Below are positions 28,185-36,767 of a stretch of 64,000 nucleotides of DNA, piece after piece. Made by a program: the position numbers and the translations under genes. The stretch's first letter is position 1. Every line of letters begins with the position of its first letter. Origin of the DNA: Azospirillum brasilense (lineage in GTDB: Bacteria > Pseudomonadota > Alphaproteobacteria > Rickettsiales > UBA3002). The stretch covers positions 54,475 to 118,474 of the forward strand of contig QFOX01000001.1 of assembly GCA_003241645.1 (NCBI GenBank), written 5' to 3'. The notes beneath the pieces are model-generated. The model had not been told where the DNA came from and searched no databases. It worked only from the letters and a program-made list of their open reading frames with translations.

Positions 28185-30179
28185 ATGACGCCAAGCAACG
28201 TGCAAGCATTCTCGCCTGAAGCCGCCCCGGCGGCCGGTTTTGCTGCGCGCCTGAAACCGACCGCCAGCGCCCGCCCCACGCCAGCCAATGCCAAGCCCCG
28301 CCCCGGCAGCGCGGGCGAGGATTTCGTGGCGGCGCATCGTATCCATGTGGAGCATGGCTCGCTGTTCATCGACCCCTATCTGGTGGTGCACCCGCGCGAG
28401 CTGGACCCCGCCAACGAGGCCGCGTTGCGCGCCAAGATGCAGCTGACCTATAGCATCGACAACCCGTCCTTCTTCGAATCGGCGGAACGCACGAACATTG
28501 CGGTGAACCTCGGCAAGCTGGTGCCCATTTCGCTGGGCGCCAAGCGCAGTAAATTGCTGGATGAGGTGAGCCGTTTCAACACGCAGGTCGATTCCGGCGC
28601 GGATGCCGACCTGCAGCGCCAGGCCGCCGACAAGCGCGAGCCGTTCACCGCCATCGTGCGCGACACCATCAACGAGCCGCAGAACGACCCCGTGGGCGTG
28701 GAAGTGCTGAAGAACGGGCTTAGCCTGTATTTGCTGCTGCGCGAAAAGCTGACGCAGAACCATTACCTGAACAAGCTGAGCGACTACGTGACGCGCGCGA
28801 ACACGCCCGATCAGGTGCTGCATGACCTGCAGGACAATACCGGCATCAGCCCGCAGGCGGTGCGCGAAGCGGCGCTGGCTGGCGGCATCGATGGCGTGGG
28901 CAAACTGCTCGGCCTTGATCCCGCCTATGTGGCCGACGTGAAAGCGCTGACCGAAAAAGCCGCGGCGCATGATTTCAGCTACAACATGGTAGAGCATTGG
29001 CACCTTGGCCGCCAACTGCTGGGCGTGCAGGCCCCGCTGGAGCAGAAGCTCACCACCGGCATGGATGCGCGCATCACCGCCAAGATCGGCGAATACCGCG
29101 GCCGCGTGCGCCATTATTACGACGTGCCCGAGCCCACCAAACTGGAAGAGCAGCGCATTGCCCGCGAGGATATGAGCGTGCTCGAGCCCATCCAGCGCCA
29201 GCTGATGTTCGCGCTGGGCTACGAGATCTGCCACACGCCCGAGAACACGGCCGACAACATCGCCTTCCATAAAGGCATTTACGGCTTGCACCGCAAAGCG
29301 GCGAACGACCTGTCGGACATTCGCGGCACCTACCGTATCTATTATTCGGGCCATGGCACGCGTGAGAAATCCGTGGGCACGCTGGCGCATGAAGTGGCGC
29401 ATAATTTCTGGCCGAATTATTTCACCAAGGAAGACACGCAGAAGATCGACCAGCTGGCCGCCAACGACCAGCAGCGTTTTGCTTCGCTGCAGAAACTACT
29501 CAACGAGAAGTTCGACGATTTTGAGCATCTGCTGAAGGCCTATCAGGCAGGCAGCGATAAAGAAAAAGCTGCCGTCATCGCCACCGCGAACGAACAGTTC
29601 GCGAGCTACGGCATCACGGTGGATGGGCTGTTCCCACATCTGGTGGATGCGAAAAGCTTCCGCTTCATGGTGTGGGATGCCAACGACGTGTTGCAGGTGG
29701 AAGGCGCGCGCTACAACCGCAGCGGCTACGACACGCCGCAGGAGCGCTTCCGCGAGGTGATCTCACGCTTTGCGGAGATGAAGCAGGTCAGCCACCGCGA
29801 CAACCCCGCCGTGCTGAAATTCATTGCGCCCGGCCTCACCGAGATCTGGGACCAGCACTACATCCCGCACCTCGAGCGGGTCTATCAGGACGTGGTGAAA
29901 GAGCAGAAAATGCGCCCGGTCGAAGGTATTAACGGACACACCTACCACGTTCCGGATGATGCAGACGTGCAGGTGCGCTCGATGCGCGAAGAACTGCCCA
30001 AGGTGGAAGAGCGCATCACTCCCCTGCCGACCGCGCCCGTAGGCACGCCCATTCATGCGCAGGCCGAGCGGGCGAACGAGCGCCCGAGCACGCAGGTCTT
30101 CCGCGATTCGATGCAGATCGACAGCAATACGCTTGCCGCGGCGAATGCGCTGCACAGCATGGGCGTGAACCCGCGTTAG
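28185..30179 (+). CDS. Large hypothetical protein with a single HExxH zinc-metallopeptidase-like motif
   Basis: 664 aa with no signal peptide. The N-terminus is Ala/Pro/basic-rich. The HExxH motif is in SVGTLAHEVAHNFWPNYF. I recognise no family. Confidence 0.6.
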   Translation: MTPSNVQAFSPEAAPAAGFAARLKPTASARPTPANAKPRPGSAGEDFVAAHRIHVEHGSLFIDPYLVVHPRELDPANEAALRAKMQLTYSIDNPSFFESAERTNIAVNLGKLVPISLGAKRSKLLDEVSRFNTQVDSGADADLQRQAADKREPFTAIVRDTINEPQNDPVGVEVLKNGLSLYLLLREKLTQNHYLNKLSDYVTRANTPDQVLHDLQDNTGISPQAVREAALAGGIDGVGKLLGLDPAYVADVKALTEKAAAHDFSYNMVEHWHLGRQLLGVQAPLEQKLTTGMDARITAKIGEYRGRVRHYYDVPEPTKLEEQRIAREDMSVLEPIQRQLMFALGYEICHTPENTADNIAFHKGIYGLHRKAANDLSDIRGTYRIYYSGHGTREKSVGTLAHEVAHNFWPNYFTKEDTQKIDQLAANDQQRFASLQKLLNEKFDDFEHLLKAYQAGSDKEKAAVIATANEQFASYGITVDGLFPHLVDAKSFRFMVWDANDVLQVEGARYNRSGYDTPQERFREVISRFAEMKQVSHRDNPAVLKFIAPGLTEIWDQHYIPHLERVYQDVVKEQKMRPVEGINGHTYHVPDDADVQVRSMREELPKVEERITPLPTAPVGTPIHAQAERANERPSTQVFRDSMQIDSNTLAAANALHSMGVNPR

Positions 30180-30211
30180 GGAATATATTGTTACTTATAA
30201 TGTAAAAACAT

Positions 30212-30300
30212 CTGTCATCCCGGGTTTATCACGGGATCCATAACTACGATGCTACTTAGGAAAGCGGTGCATGGATCCCGGCACAGGGCCGGGATGACAG
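30212..30300. repeat. Family-B nested palindromic element (89 bp)
   Basis: CTGTCATCCCGGgtttatcaCGGGATCCAT ... ATGGATCCCGgcacaggGCCGGGATGACAG. The outer 12-bp and inner 10-bp arms are perfect reverse complements. Confidence 0.8.
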
Positions 30301-30367
30301 GATTAGAACAGGGTTGAATACAGGTCATCCCATGGTGGATGGCTTCACGCTGTTGCGTCTTATTTCA

Positions 30368-30429
30368 CTTTTGTCATCCTGAGCAAAGCGAAGGATCCAG
30401 ATGCTTCGTTACACTCAGCATGACAAAGC
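30368..30429. repeat. Family-B variant palindromic element (GTCATCCTGAGC...)
   Basis: CTTTTGTCATCCTGAGCaaagcgaaggatccagatgcttcgttacACTCAGCATGACAAAGC. The terminal inverted repeats are imperfect and there is an inner CGAAG/CTTCG stem. Confidence 0.65.
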
Positions 30430-30460
30430 ATGGATGGCATTGCACGGAGATGGGCCTGCG

Positions 30461-30480
30461 ATCCCTTCGGCGCTACGCAG
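30461..30480 (+). repeat. Family-A repeat fragment
   Basis: gatcCCTTCGGCGCTACGCAg. The string CTTCGGCGCTACGCA is identical to the mnmC copy at 33515-33529. Confidence 0.5.
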
Positions 30481-30503
30481 CCCATTACACACATCGATAG
30501 TCC

Positions 30504-32480
30504 TCACACCTTCATGGGCATGATGATGAGGTTATGGCCCTTCTGGTGCAGGCGTTTTTGCAGCATGTAGGCGGTCTGGTTGTGCAGCAGCTGGTGCATG
30601 TAGGTTTCGTTGTCGAAGATCAGCTTGGTGGCGAAGAATACGCTGCGCGGGAAGTCCGAGCCGATGCGGTCGGTCAGCCGGTTGATCGTGTCGATCACGT
30701 CGGTGCCGTAATCATGGTAATAGGTGCTGGGCAGGCCGCGGTTGGTGCAGAAATCCACGTAGCGTTTCAGCATGGTCTTGGTGCCGCTGCGCAGCTGGTG
30801 CCAGCGCGCCTCGTCGGAGAATTCCTCGGTGTCGATCTCGCCGACGCTGGCGAACACGAAATTCTTGAACACGCCGGGGAACAGGCGCTGCACCCACAGG
30901 AAGGTGTGCATGCCGCTGGCCGCCGAACTGCCGACGAGGAAAACCGCCGTGGGCTCGCGCGGGTCCATGCGCGGTTTCTCGGCGGGGGCTTTGCTGCTGC
31001 TGGAGAACATGGCGCTGCCCAGTTCTTCCTCGATGGCGTTCATGCGCGTGCTCACCTGATCGTAATGGCGGCGGATCATCAGCCCGAGGCCGATCACCAG
31101 CCCGGTGATGATGACGGTTTTGTAGCCGCCATGGCTGAATTTCTCGATCAGCGTGGTGGTGAGGATGGTGGCGCAGACGATCATGGCGAGGAACACGATC
31201 AGGAACTTGTGCCAGATGCGCGGGTTGCGCCGCTCGCGCCAGCGGTAGCGCGTGATGGAGGCGAGGGTAAGCGTGAAGGTGAGGAACACGTTGATGGAGT
31301 AGAGGATCACCAGCGTGTGCACCACGCCGCCGGTCATCATCAGCGCACCGATGGCGGCGCCGCCCATCAGCAGCACGCCGTTCTTCGTCACCAACCGGTT
31401 CGACAGCGAGCTGAACATGTGCGGCATCCACCGGTCGGCGGCCATGACGGCCAGCACGTTCGGCCCGGCGATGAACCCGGCATTGCCCGCGGTGAACAGC
31501 AGCCCCGCCGCACAAATGAGCGCAAGGCCGGTGAACTCCGCCGAAATATTGATGCCGAGGATGCTCCAATGCTCGGTGATGAGCTTGAAGGCCGTGGCGT
31601 TGAGGGTTTCGCCATCTACCTTCTGCACGTCCCACAGCAGGTAAAGGGTGATGATGCCGCCCGCGGTGAAAGCCAGCGAGAACGCAATGGCCCACATGGT
31701 GGCCTTGCCGGTGCGCACGCGCGGCTCGGCGAAGCTGCGCATGGAACTGGTGACGGCTTCAAGACCCGTATAGGTACCGCCACCCAGCGAGAAGGCCTTG
31801 AAGAACAGCGCGGCCACCGCGAACCAGCCGAAGTCCGACGCCATGCTGCGCGTTTCACTCACCGCGTTGGGCACAATGTCGGCCACGCCTTCGGAATGGC
31901 TGACGATGCCATAAATGATGAGCAGCGCATGGGTGAGCACGAAGCCGAGGAAGATCGGCATGAGGAAGCGGATGGATTCTTTCATGCCGCGCAGGTTCAT
32001 GTACGACATGAAACACACCATGAGAATGGCCACGTACAGCTTATAGGGCTGGTATTCGAACGGCAGCATGGAGAAGATCGCATCCACCCCCGCCGCCACG
32101 GAGATGGCGATGGTCAGCACGTAATCGACAAGCAGCGCGCCGCCGGAGATAAGCCCCACTTTTTCGCCCAGCAGGGTGCTGGCCACGCGGTAGCCGCCGC
32201 CGCCGTTGGGGAACAGCTCGATCACCTGCGTGTAGGCCGCGGCCAGCAGGAACACGGTGAAGGCCGTGGCCATGGCCAGGAAAATCGCAAGGTGGGTGTG
32301 CGCGCCCAGCGCAAGGAAGGCTTCTTCCGGGCCGTAGTTGGCGGAAGAAATTGCATCCGCGCCGATGCCGACCCACGCGAAGAAGGTAATGAGCGCGAGG
32401 TGGTGGCGCGTGTCGGCGCGGAACGGGTCGAGCGGTGCACCCATGAGGGTGCGCTTGATGGATGAAAGTTTCAACGCCAT
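30504..32480 (-). CDS. APC-superfamily permease with large C-terminal cytoplasmic domain (KimA-like architecture)
   Basis: I use the ATG at 32480 (MALKLSSIKRTLMGAPLDPF). About 12 TM segments (FPNGGGGYRVAS, LLVDYVLTIAISVAAG) are followed by a soluble domain of about 200 aa. Confidence 0.7.
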   Translation of the reverse strand: MALKLSSIKRTLMGAPLDPFRADTRHHLALITFFAWVGIGADAISSANYGPEEAFLALGAHTHLAIFLAMATAFTVFLLAAAYTQVIELFPNGGGGYRVASTLLGEKVGLISGGALLVDYVLTIAISVAAGVDAIFSMLPFEYQPYKLYVAILMVCFMSYMNLRGMKESIRFLMPIFLGFVLTHALLIIYGIVSHSEGVADIVPNAVSETRSMASDFGWFAVAALFFKAFSLGGGTYTGLEAVTSSMRSFAEPRVRTGKATMWAIAFSLAFTAGGIITLYLLWDVQKVDGETLNATAFKLITEHWSILGINISAEFTGLALICAAGLLFTAGNAGFIAGPNVLAVMAADRWMPHMFSSLSNRLVTKNGVLLMGGAAIGALMMTGGVVHTLVILYSINVFLTFTLTLASITRYRWRERRNPRIWHKFLIVFLAMIVCATILTTTLIEKFSHGGYKTVIITGLVIGLGLMIRRHYDQVSTRMNAIEEELGSAMFSSSSKAPAEKPRMDPREPTAVFLVGSSAASGMHTFLWVQRLFPGVFKNFVFASVGEIDTEEFSDEARWHQLRSGTKTMLKRYVDFCTNRGLPSTYYHDYGTDVIDTINRLTDRIGSDFPRSVFFATKLIFDNETYMHQLLHNQTAYMLQKRLHQKGHNLIIMPMKV

Positions 32481-32654
32481 ACCATTCCTCGTGAACGCGC
32501 GCTGCGCGACGGCCCGGCACATGCCGGAAAAGCAGGGAAATTTGCCGTTGGGTAGTCCCGTTTATTGCATTGCGCAACAGGAACATGGCTTTTTCAATGT
32601 TTTCAGACCATTACATTGCTGGAGTGTGGCCCCCATTCGCGCTATGAGGGGCGC

Positions 32655-34718
32655 ATGCAGCACGCAACCGCCCATGTTCCGCATCCGCAGATCACCGTCG
32701 ATGCCGACGGCACCGCGCGCTCGCTGGCGTTCGACGATGTGTATTTCTCGGCGCGTGGCGGCGTGGCGGAAACCGAGCATGTATTCCTTGCCGGAAACGG
32801 CTTGCCCGAGCGTTGGCAGGGCTGTGGGCGTTTCACCATCGGTGAGTTGGGCTTTGGCACGGGCCTGAATTTTTTGGTGGCAGCGGATGCGTTCCTGCGC
32901 ACCAACCCCACCGGCACGCTGCATTTCCTGTCGGTCGAGAAATACCCGCTGACGCCTGCGCAATTGCGCGAGGCGTACGCTGTTCTATCTCAAGGGGGGC
33001 TTGCCCCCCCTTCGCCTGCTGCGCAGGCTACCCCTGCCGCTTCGCGGCTCGCGCCACTCGACGGCGCTACGCAGGCAGATACGAACCTTGTTACGCTGGC
33101 TGAAGCGCTATGTGCCGCCTATCCGCTGCGCTTGCCGGGCTGGCACCGGGTGAAGCTGGGCCGTGTGCAGCTGACGCTTGGCTTCGGCGATGTGGCCGAA
33201 CTGCTGCCGCAAATGGATGCGCGCGTGGATGCATGGTTCCTCGATGGGTTCGCCCCCGCGAAGAACGACGCGATGTGGAGCGCCGCCGTGCTTTCCGAGC
33301 TGGCGCGCCTGAGCGCGCCGGGCGCGCGCTTCGCCACGTTCACGGCGGCCGGTGCGGTGAAACGTGGCCTGCAGGAAGTGGGTTTCGATGTGCAGAAAAC
33401 CCGCGGTTTCGCGTATAAGCGCGACATGCTGGTGGGGAGATATATTTCCGAAGGGGGGCTTGCCCCCCCTTCGCCTGCTGCGCAGGCTACCCCCGCCGCC
33501 AGCGGCTCGCGCCACTTCGGCGCTACGCATCGACTGCATCAGCGCTGCGAGGATACTGTGCGAGGGCAGCAGCCCGAGCCAGCCATGAGCCAGCGGAGCT
33601 GCGCGGAGGCATCGCACAGCACGTGCGATCTGCCGGAGCAAGCGAAAGAAATCCTCATCATCGGCGCGGGCATTGCGGGGGCGACCACGGCGCGCGCGCT
33701 GGCCGAGCGTGGCTACCGCGTGCAGCTGTTCGAGGCGGCCACCATCGCCAGCGGTGCTTCGGGCAATCCGGCGGCGGTGCTCTACCCGCAACTGACCAAA
33801 TATTATGGGCCCGCCACCGCGTGGCATTTGCAGGCGTACAGCTTTACATTGCAGCAACTGGCGCATTGGAAGCAGGCGGGGCTGGCGTTCGCGTGCGAAC
33901 AGCCGGGCATGCTGAAGCTGGCGACCGACGCGGCGGATGCGGAAAAACTGCGCGGCTTGCAACACAGCCTGCAGCTGGACCCGGCCATTGCCCGCTGGGT
34001 GGAAGCGGATGAAGCCAGCGCCATGCTGGGCCATGCCGTGCCACATGGTGGTTATTATTTTGCGCAGGGCACGTGGCTGAACCCCGCGCAGCTATGCAAC
34101 GCCTTGCTGCAGCATGCGCACATTACAGTGAGGGAAAACTGCGCCGTGCAGCATATCGCGCGGGGCGATGCGGGGTGGCAGCTGACGCTGGCAGATGGCA
34201 CCACGCACCATGCCGCGCAGCTGGTGGTGGCGAATGCGAACGATGCGCGGCGCCTGCTGGACAGCGATGCGCTGGATATTCGCCCCTCTGCCGGGCAGGT
34301 GAGCCTGCTGGAGCCGACGGCGCTTGCACCTTCGTTGCCGCATATCCTCTGCCATAAAGGCTATGCGATCCATACGCCGCAAGCGCTGCTGCTGGGCGCG
34401 ACCTATGACCGCGCGGATCTCTCGTGCGCGGTGACGGAAGCGAACCATGCGCACAATATCAATGAGTTACAGCGTGCATTGCCGCAGGCAGTGCTGCGTG
34501 GGCAGGCCACGGGCGGCCGCACGTCGCTGCGCGCGACCACGCCGCACCGCCTGCCGTATGTGGGGCAAGTGCAGCCGGGGCTGTATGTGAATGTGGGGCA
34601 TGGCTCGCGCGGCATGATCTCCGCGCCGCTTGCGGCCGAGATCCTCGCCAGCGAGATGGCGGGCGAACCGCTGCCGATCAGCCGTGCGCTGCGTGCGGCG
34701 CTTCAGCCGCCACGCTGA
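32655..34718 (+). CDS. mnmC: Bifunctional tRNA mnm5s2U34 methyltransferase / FAD-dependent cmnm5s2U34 oxidoreductase, carrying two in-frame repeat insertions
   Basis: I use the ATG at 32655. The MnmD part has GELGFGTGLNF and VDAWFLDGFAPAKNDAMW. The DAO part has ILIIGAGIAGATTARAL and GASGNPAAVLYP. The peptide GGLAPPSPAAQATPAAS is duplicated. Confidence 0.88.
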   Translation: MQHATAHVPHPQITVDADGTARSLAFDDVYFSARGGVAETEHVFLAGNGLPERWQGCGRFTIGELGFGTGLNFLVAADAFLRTNPTGTLHFLSVEKYPLTPAQLREAYAVLSQGGLAPPSPAAQATPAASRLAPLDGATQADTNLVTLAEALCAAYPLRLPGWHRVKLGRVQLTLGFGDVAELLPQMDARVDAWFLDGFAPAKNDAMWSAAVLSELARLSAPGARFATFTAAGAVKRGLQEVGFDVQKTRGFAYKRDMLVGRYISEGGLAPPSPAAQATPAASGSRHFGATHRLHQRCEDTVRGQQPEPAMSQRSCAEASHSTCDLPEQAKEILIIGAGIAGATTARALAERGYRVQLFEAATIASGASGNPAAVLYPQLTKYYGPATAWHLQAYSFTLQQLAHWKQAGLAFACEQPGMLKLATDAADAEKLRGLQHSLQLDPAIARWVEADEASAMLGHAVPHGGYYFAQGTWLNPAQLCNALLQHAHITVRENCAVQHIARGDAGWQLTLADGTTHHAAQLVVANANDARRLLDSDALDIRPSAGQVSLLEPTALAPSLPHILCHKGYAIHTPQALLLGATYDRADLSCAVTEANHAHNINELQRALPQAVLRGQATGGRTSLRATTPHRLPYVGQVQPGLYVNVGHGSRGMISAPLAAEILASEMAGEPLPISRALRAALQPPR
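32992..33073 (+). repeat. Family-A repeat, in-frame copy 1 inside mnmC
   Basis: AAGGGGGGcttgCCCCCCCTTCgcctgctgcgcaggctacccctgccgcttcgCGGCTCgcgccactcgacggcgcTACGCA. Translated as GGLAPPSPAAQATPAASRLAPLDGATQ. Confidence 0.85.
33450..33551 (+). repeat. Family-A repeat, in-frame copy 2 inside mnmC (interdomain linker)
   Basis: The first 43 nt (from 33451) are identical to copy 1. It then reads ...CGGCTCgcgccacttcggcgcTACGCAtcgacTGCATcagcgctgcgag. Translated as EGGLAPPSPAAQATPAASGSRHFGATHRLHQRCE. Confidence 0.85.
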
Positions 34719-35514
34719 GCGCGGCCGTGTCGGCGAAGCCTTCCTTTAGGAAAAGGCCTGCATAGCGGGCGATGTCTTCCGCATCCGTCACGTAGGCGAG
34801 GGGTGGCTGCGTGGTCGTGTGCAGTGGTGGTTTCAGGGCTTGGCGGGCAATGGCCATGCTGGAATCGATCCACGTGACGGGCCATGGCGCATGGCGGGCC
34901 AGCAGGTCGGCCACCAGCGGGTAATGCGTGCAGCCGAGAATGACCTGATCGGTGCGGCCCTTTGCATCGTCGTGGAAGCAGGGCGCGATCTCGGCCTGCC
35001 ACACGGCGTCGTCCACCCGCTCGCCGCGCAGGTGGGCTTCGGCCATGCGCGCAAGGTTGGGCGCGCCGTAGCAATCCACCACGCAATCGCTGGCGAATTG
35101 GGCGATGAGCTCGCGCGTGTAGCGGCTATGGGCGGTGTTGGGCGTGGCAAGCAGCGTGAAGCGTCCGGTCTGCGACTGGCTGGCCGCCACCTTCACGGCG
35201 GGCACCGTGCCCACGAAGGTAATCGCCGGAAACGCACTGCGCAACGCGGCCAGCGCCAGCGTTGAGAGCGTATTGCAGGCGACCACCACTTGCGCGACAC
35301 TATGCTTTTCCTGCAACGCTGCGATCAAAGAAATGCCGCGCGCGATGATGCTTTCAGCCGAACGATTCCCATAAGGAAATGCTGCCGTATCAGCCACATA
35401 AAGCGCCGGATGCTGCGGCGAAAGCTGGCGCATGGCGCGCACCACCGACAGGCCGCCCAGCCCGGAATCGATCACTACCATGCATGGAGTGTTATGTTGC
35501 GTTGCACTTGCCAT
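34678..35514 (-). CDS. murI: Glutamate racemase
   Basis: VIDSGLGGLSV, VVACNTLST and ILGCTHYPL carry the two catalytic Cys motifs. The start is uncertain (35514 or 35562). Its 3' end overlaps the mnmC 3' end by 41 nt. Confidence 0.88.
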   Translation of the reverse strand: MASATQHNTPCMVVIDSGLGGLSVVRAMRQLSPQHPALYVADTAAFPYGNRSAESIIARGISLIAALQEKHSVAQVVVACNTLSTLALAALRSAFPAITFVGTVPAVKVAASQSQTGRFTLLATPNTAHSRYTRELIAQFASDCVVDCYGAPNLARMAEAHLRGERVDDAVWQAEIAPCFHDDAKGRTDQVILGCTHYPLVADLLARHAPWPVTWIDSSMAIARQALKPPLHTTTQPPLAYVTDAEDIARYAGLFLKEGFADTAALSVAAEAPHAAHG

Positions 35515-35578
35515 TTCGCTTTCATTTTTGCATGATAGAGGCTCATACGTTGAATCGCACAAAAAGGAAAGGGCTGCC

Positions 35579-36634
35579 GTGGTTGCCGAACGTGCATTTT
35601 CCTCTCCCTGGACGCTGTCTTCGCCTTATTGGATCGTGATCGCGGGCATGCCCAGCGCGGCGCAGGGCTGGAAGAATGCCGCCACCAAAGCAGGGTTGAA
35701 GCCGCTGGCCGACCACCCCGATTACTACGCCATGCAGACCTCGCCGGAATGGGCGACCGAATGGGAACGGATTCTGGCTGCGCTCAACAGCGTGGCCGAC
35801 GAGAGCGGCCTGAAAGCGGCCATCATCGCGGCTGATAAGCCACCCAGCAGTAAAGAGATCAGCTTCAACCTGCGCCCGCTGCAAGCGGTGCAGGAGGTGG
35901 TGGAGCATCTGTGGCTGCTGGACCACCTGAGCGAGGACCGGCTGGTCTGCTATTTCCAGCGCGTGATCGACCGGCGCAGCAAGCAGGTGGGGTTCGAGGC
36001 CTTCGCGCGCATCGCGCAGGGCGACGGCAATATTATTGGCGGTGCGGCGATCATGCGCGCCAGTCATGCGCTGAAGGTGGAATACCAGGTCGATCGCCGC
36101 ATGCACAAACAGGCGATCGACACGTTCGCCGCCTGCGACCTTGACGGCTACATCTTCGTCAACTTCCTCACCGGCTTCATCCATCGCCCGGAAGTGTATC
36201 TCGAGGGGCTGAGCCAGGCGGTGGAACGCCACCACCTGATGCCGCGCAGCATCGCGCTGGATGTGCCGCTGACCGATTACGTGCGCGACATTGCCAAGCT
36301 GCGCTCCATTGCGGGTTATTGCCACGCGCGCGGGTTCTCGCTGTCGCTGGATGATGTGATGACGCCCGAAGGGCTCGGCAACCTGCTGTCGGATATTCGC
36401 CCCTCCATCGTCAAGCTGGATGGCAAGCTCGGCCCCGCGTTCATGGACGTGAAGCGGCAGGGGCCCGTGCTGGAGATCATCCGCTTAGCCCACAATGCCG
36501 GGGCGCTGGTGCTGGCCGAAGGCGTGGAGAACGAAGCGCTGTTCCAGGCCTATGTGCAGGCCGGGGTGGATATGTTCCAGGGCTACCATATCGGCGCGCC
36601 CGAGCTGTTCACGGCCAAAGACTGCAGCAAGTGA
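35579..36634 (+). CDS. EAL-domain protein (variant motifs) directly upstream of Tad locus 2
   Basis: EAL-fold motifs are FQRVIDRRSKQVGFEAFARI (EAF in place of EAL), SLDDVMT (in place of DDFGTG), VKLD, AEGVENE and FQGYHIG. I chose the GTG at 35579 because AGGAAAGG lies upstream. An alternative ATG is at 35648. Confidence 0.65.
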   Translation: MVAERAFSSPWTLSSPYWIVIAGMPSAAQGWKNAATKAGLKPLADHPDYYAMQTSPEWATEWERILAALNSVADESGLKAAIIAADKPPSSKEISFNLRPLQAVQEVVEHLWLLDHLSEDRLVCYFQRVIDRRSKQVGFEAFARIAQGDGNIIGGAAIMRASHALKVEYQVDRRMHKQAIDTFAACDLDGYIFVNFLTGFIHRPEVYLEGLSQAVERHHLMPRSIALDVPLTDYVRDIAKLRSIAGYCHARGFSLSLDDVMTPEGLGNLLSDIRPSIVKLDGKLGPAFMDVKRQGPVLEIIRLAHNAGALVLAEGVENEALFQAYVQAGVDMFQGYHIGAPELFTAKDCSK

Positions 36635-36767
36635 TGCAGTTCGCCCACGGTTTGTGGGAATCGGCGGTTTTTTCGTAATATGTAGCTAAAACTCAACGCG
36701 ATTGCTGGTGCAAGCGCGTGCCGGATATGGTAGCGTCGGCCCCGTCATAAAAAAGCAAGAAACACCC

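Noticed and set aside
36648-36680. Possible intrinsic terminator after the EAL gene (CCCACggtttGTGGG ... GGCGGTTTTTT).
   Set aside because: The stem is only 5 bp and the T-run is separated from it by several nucleotides. This is too weak to call.
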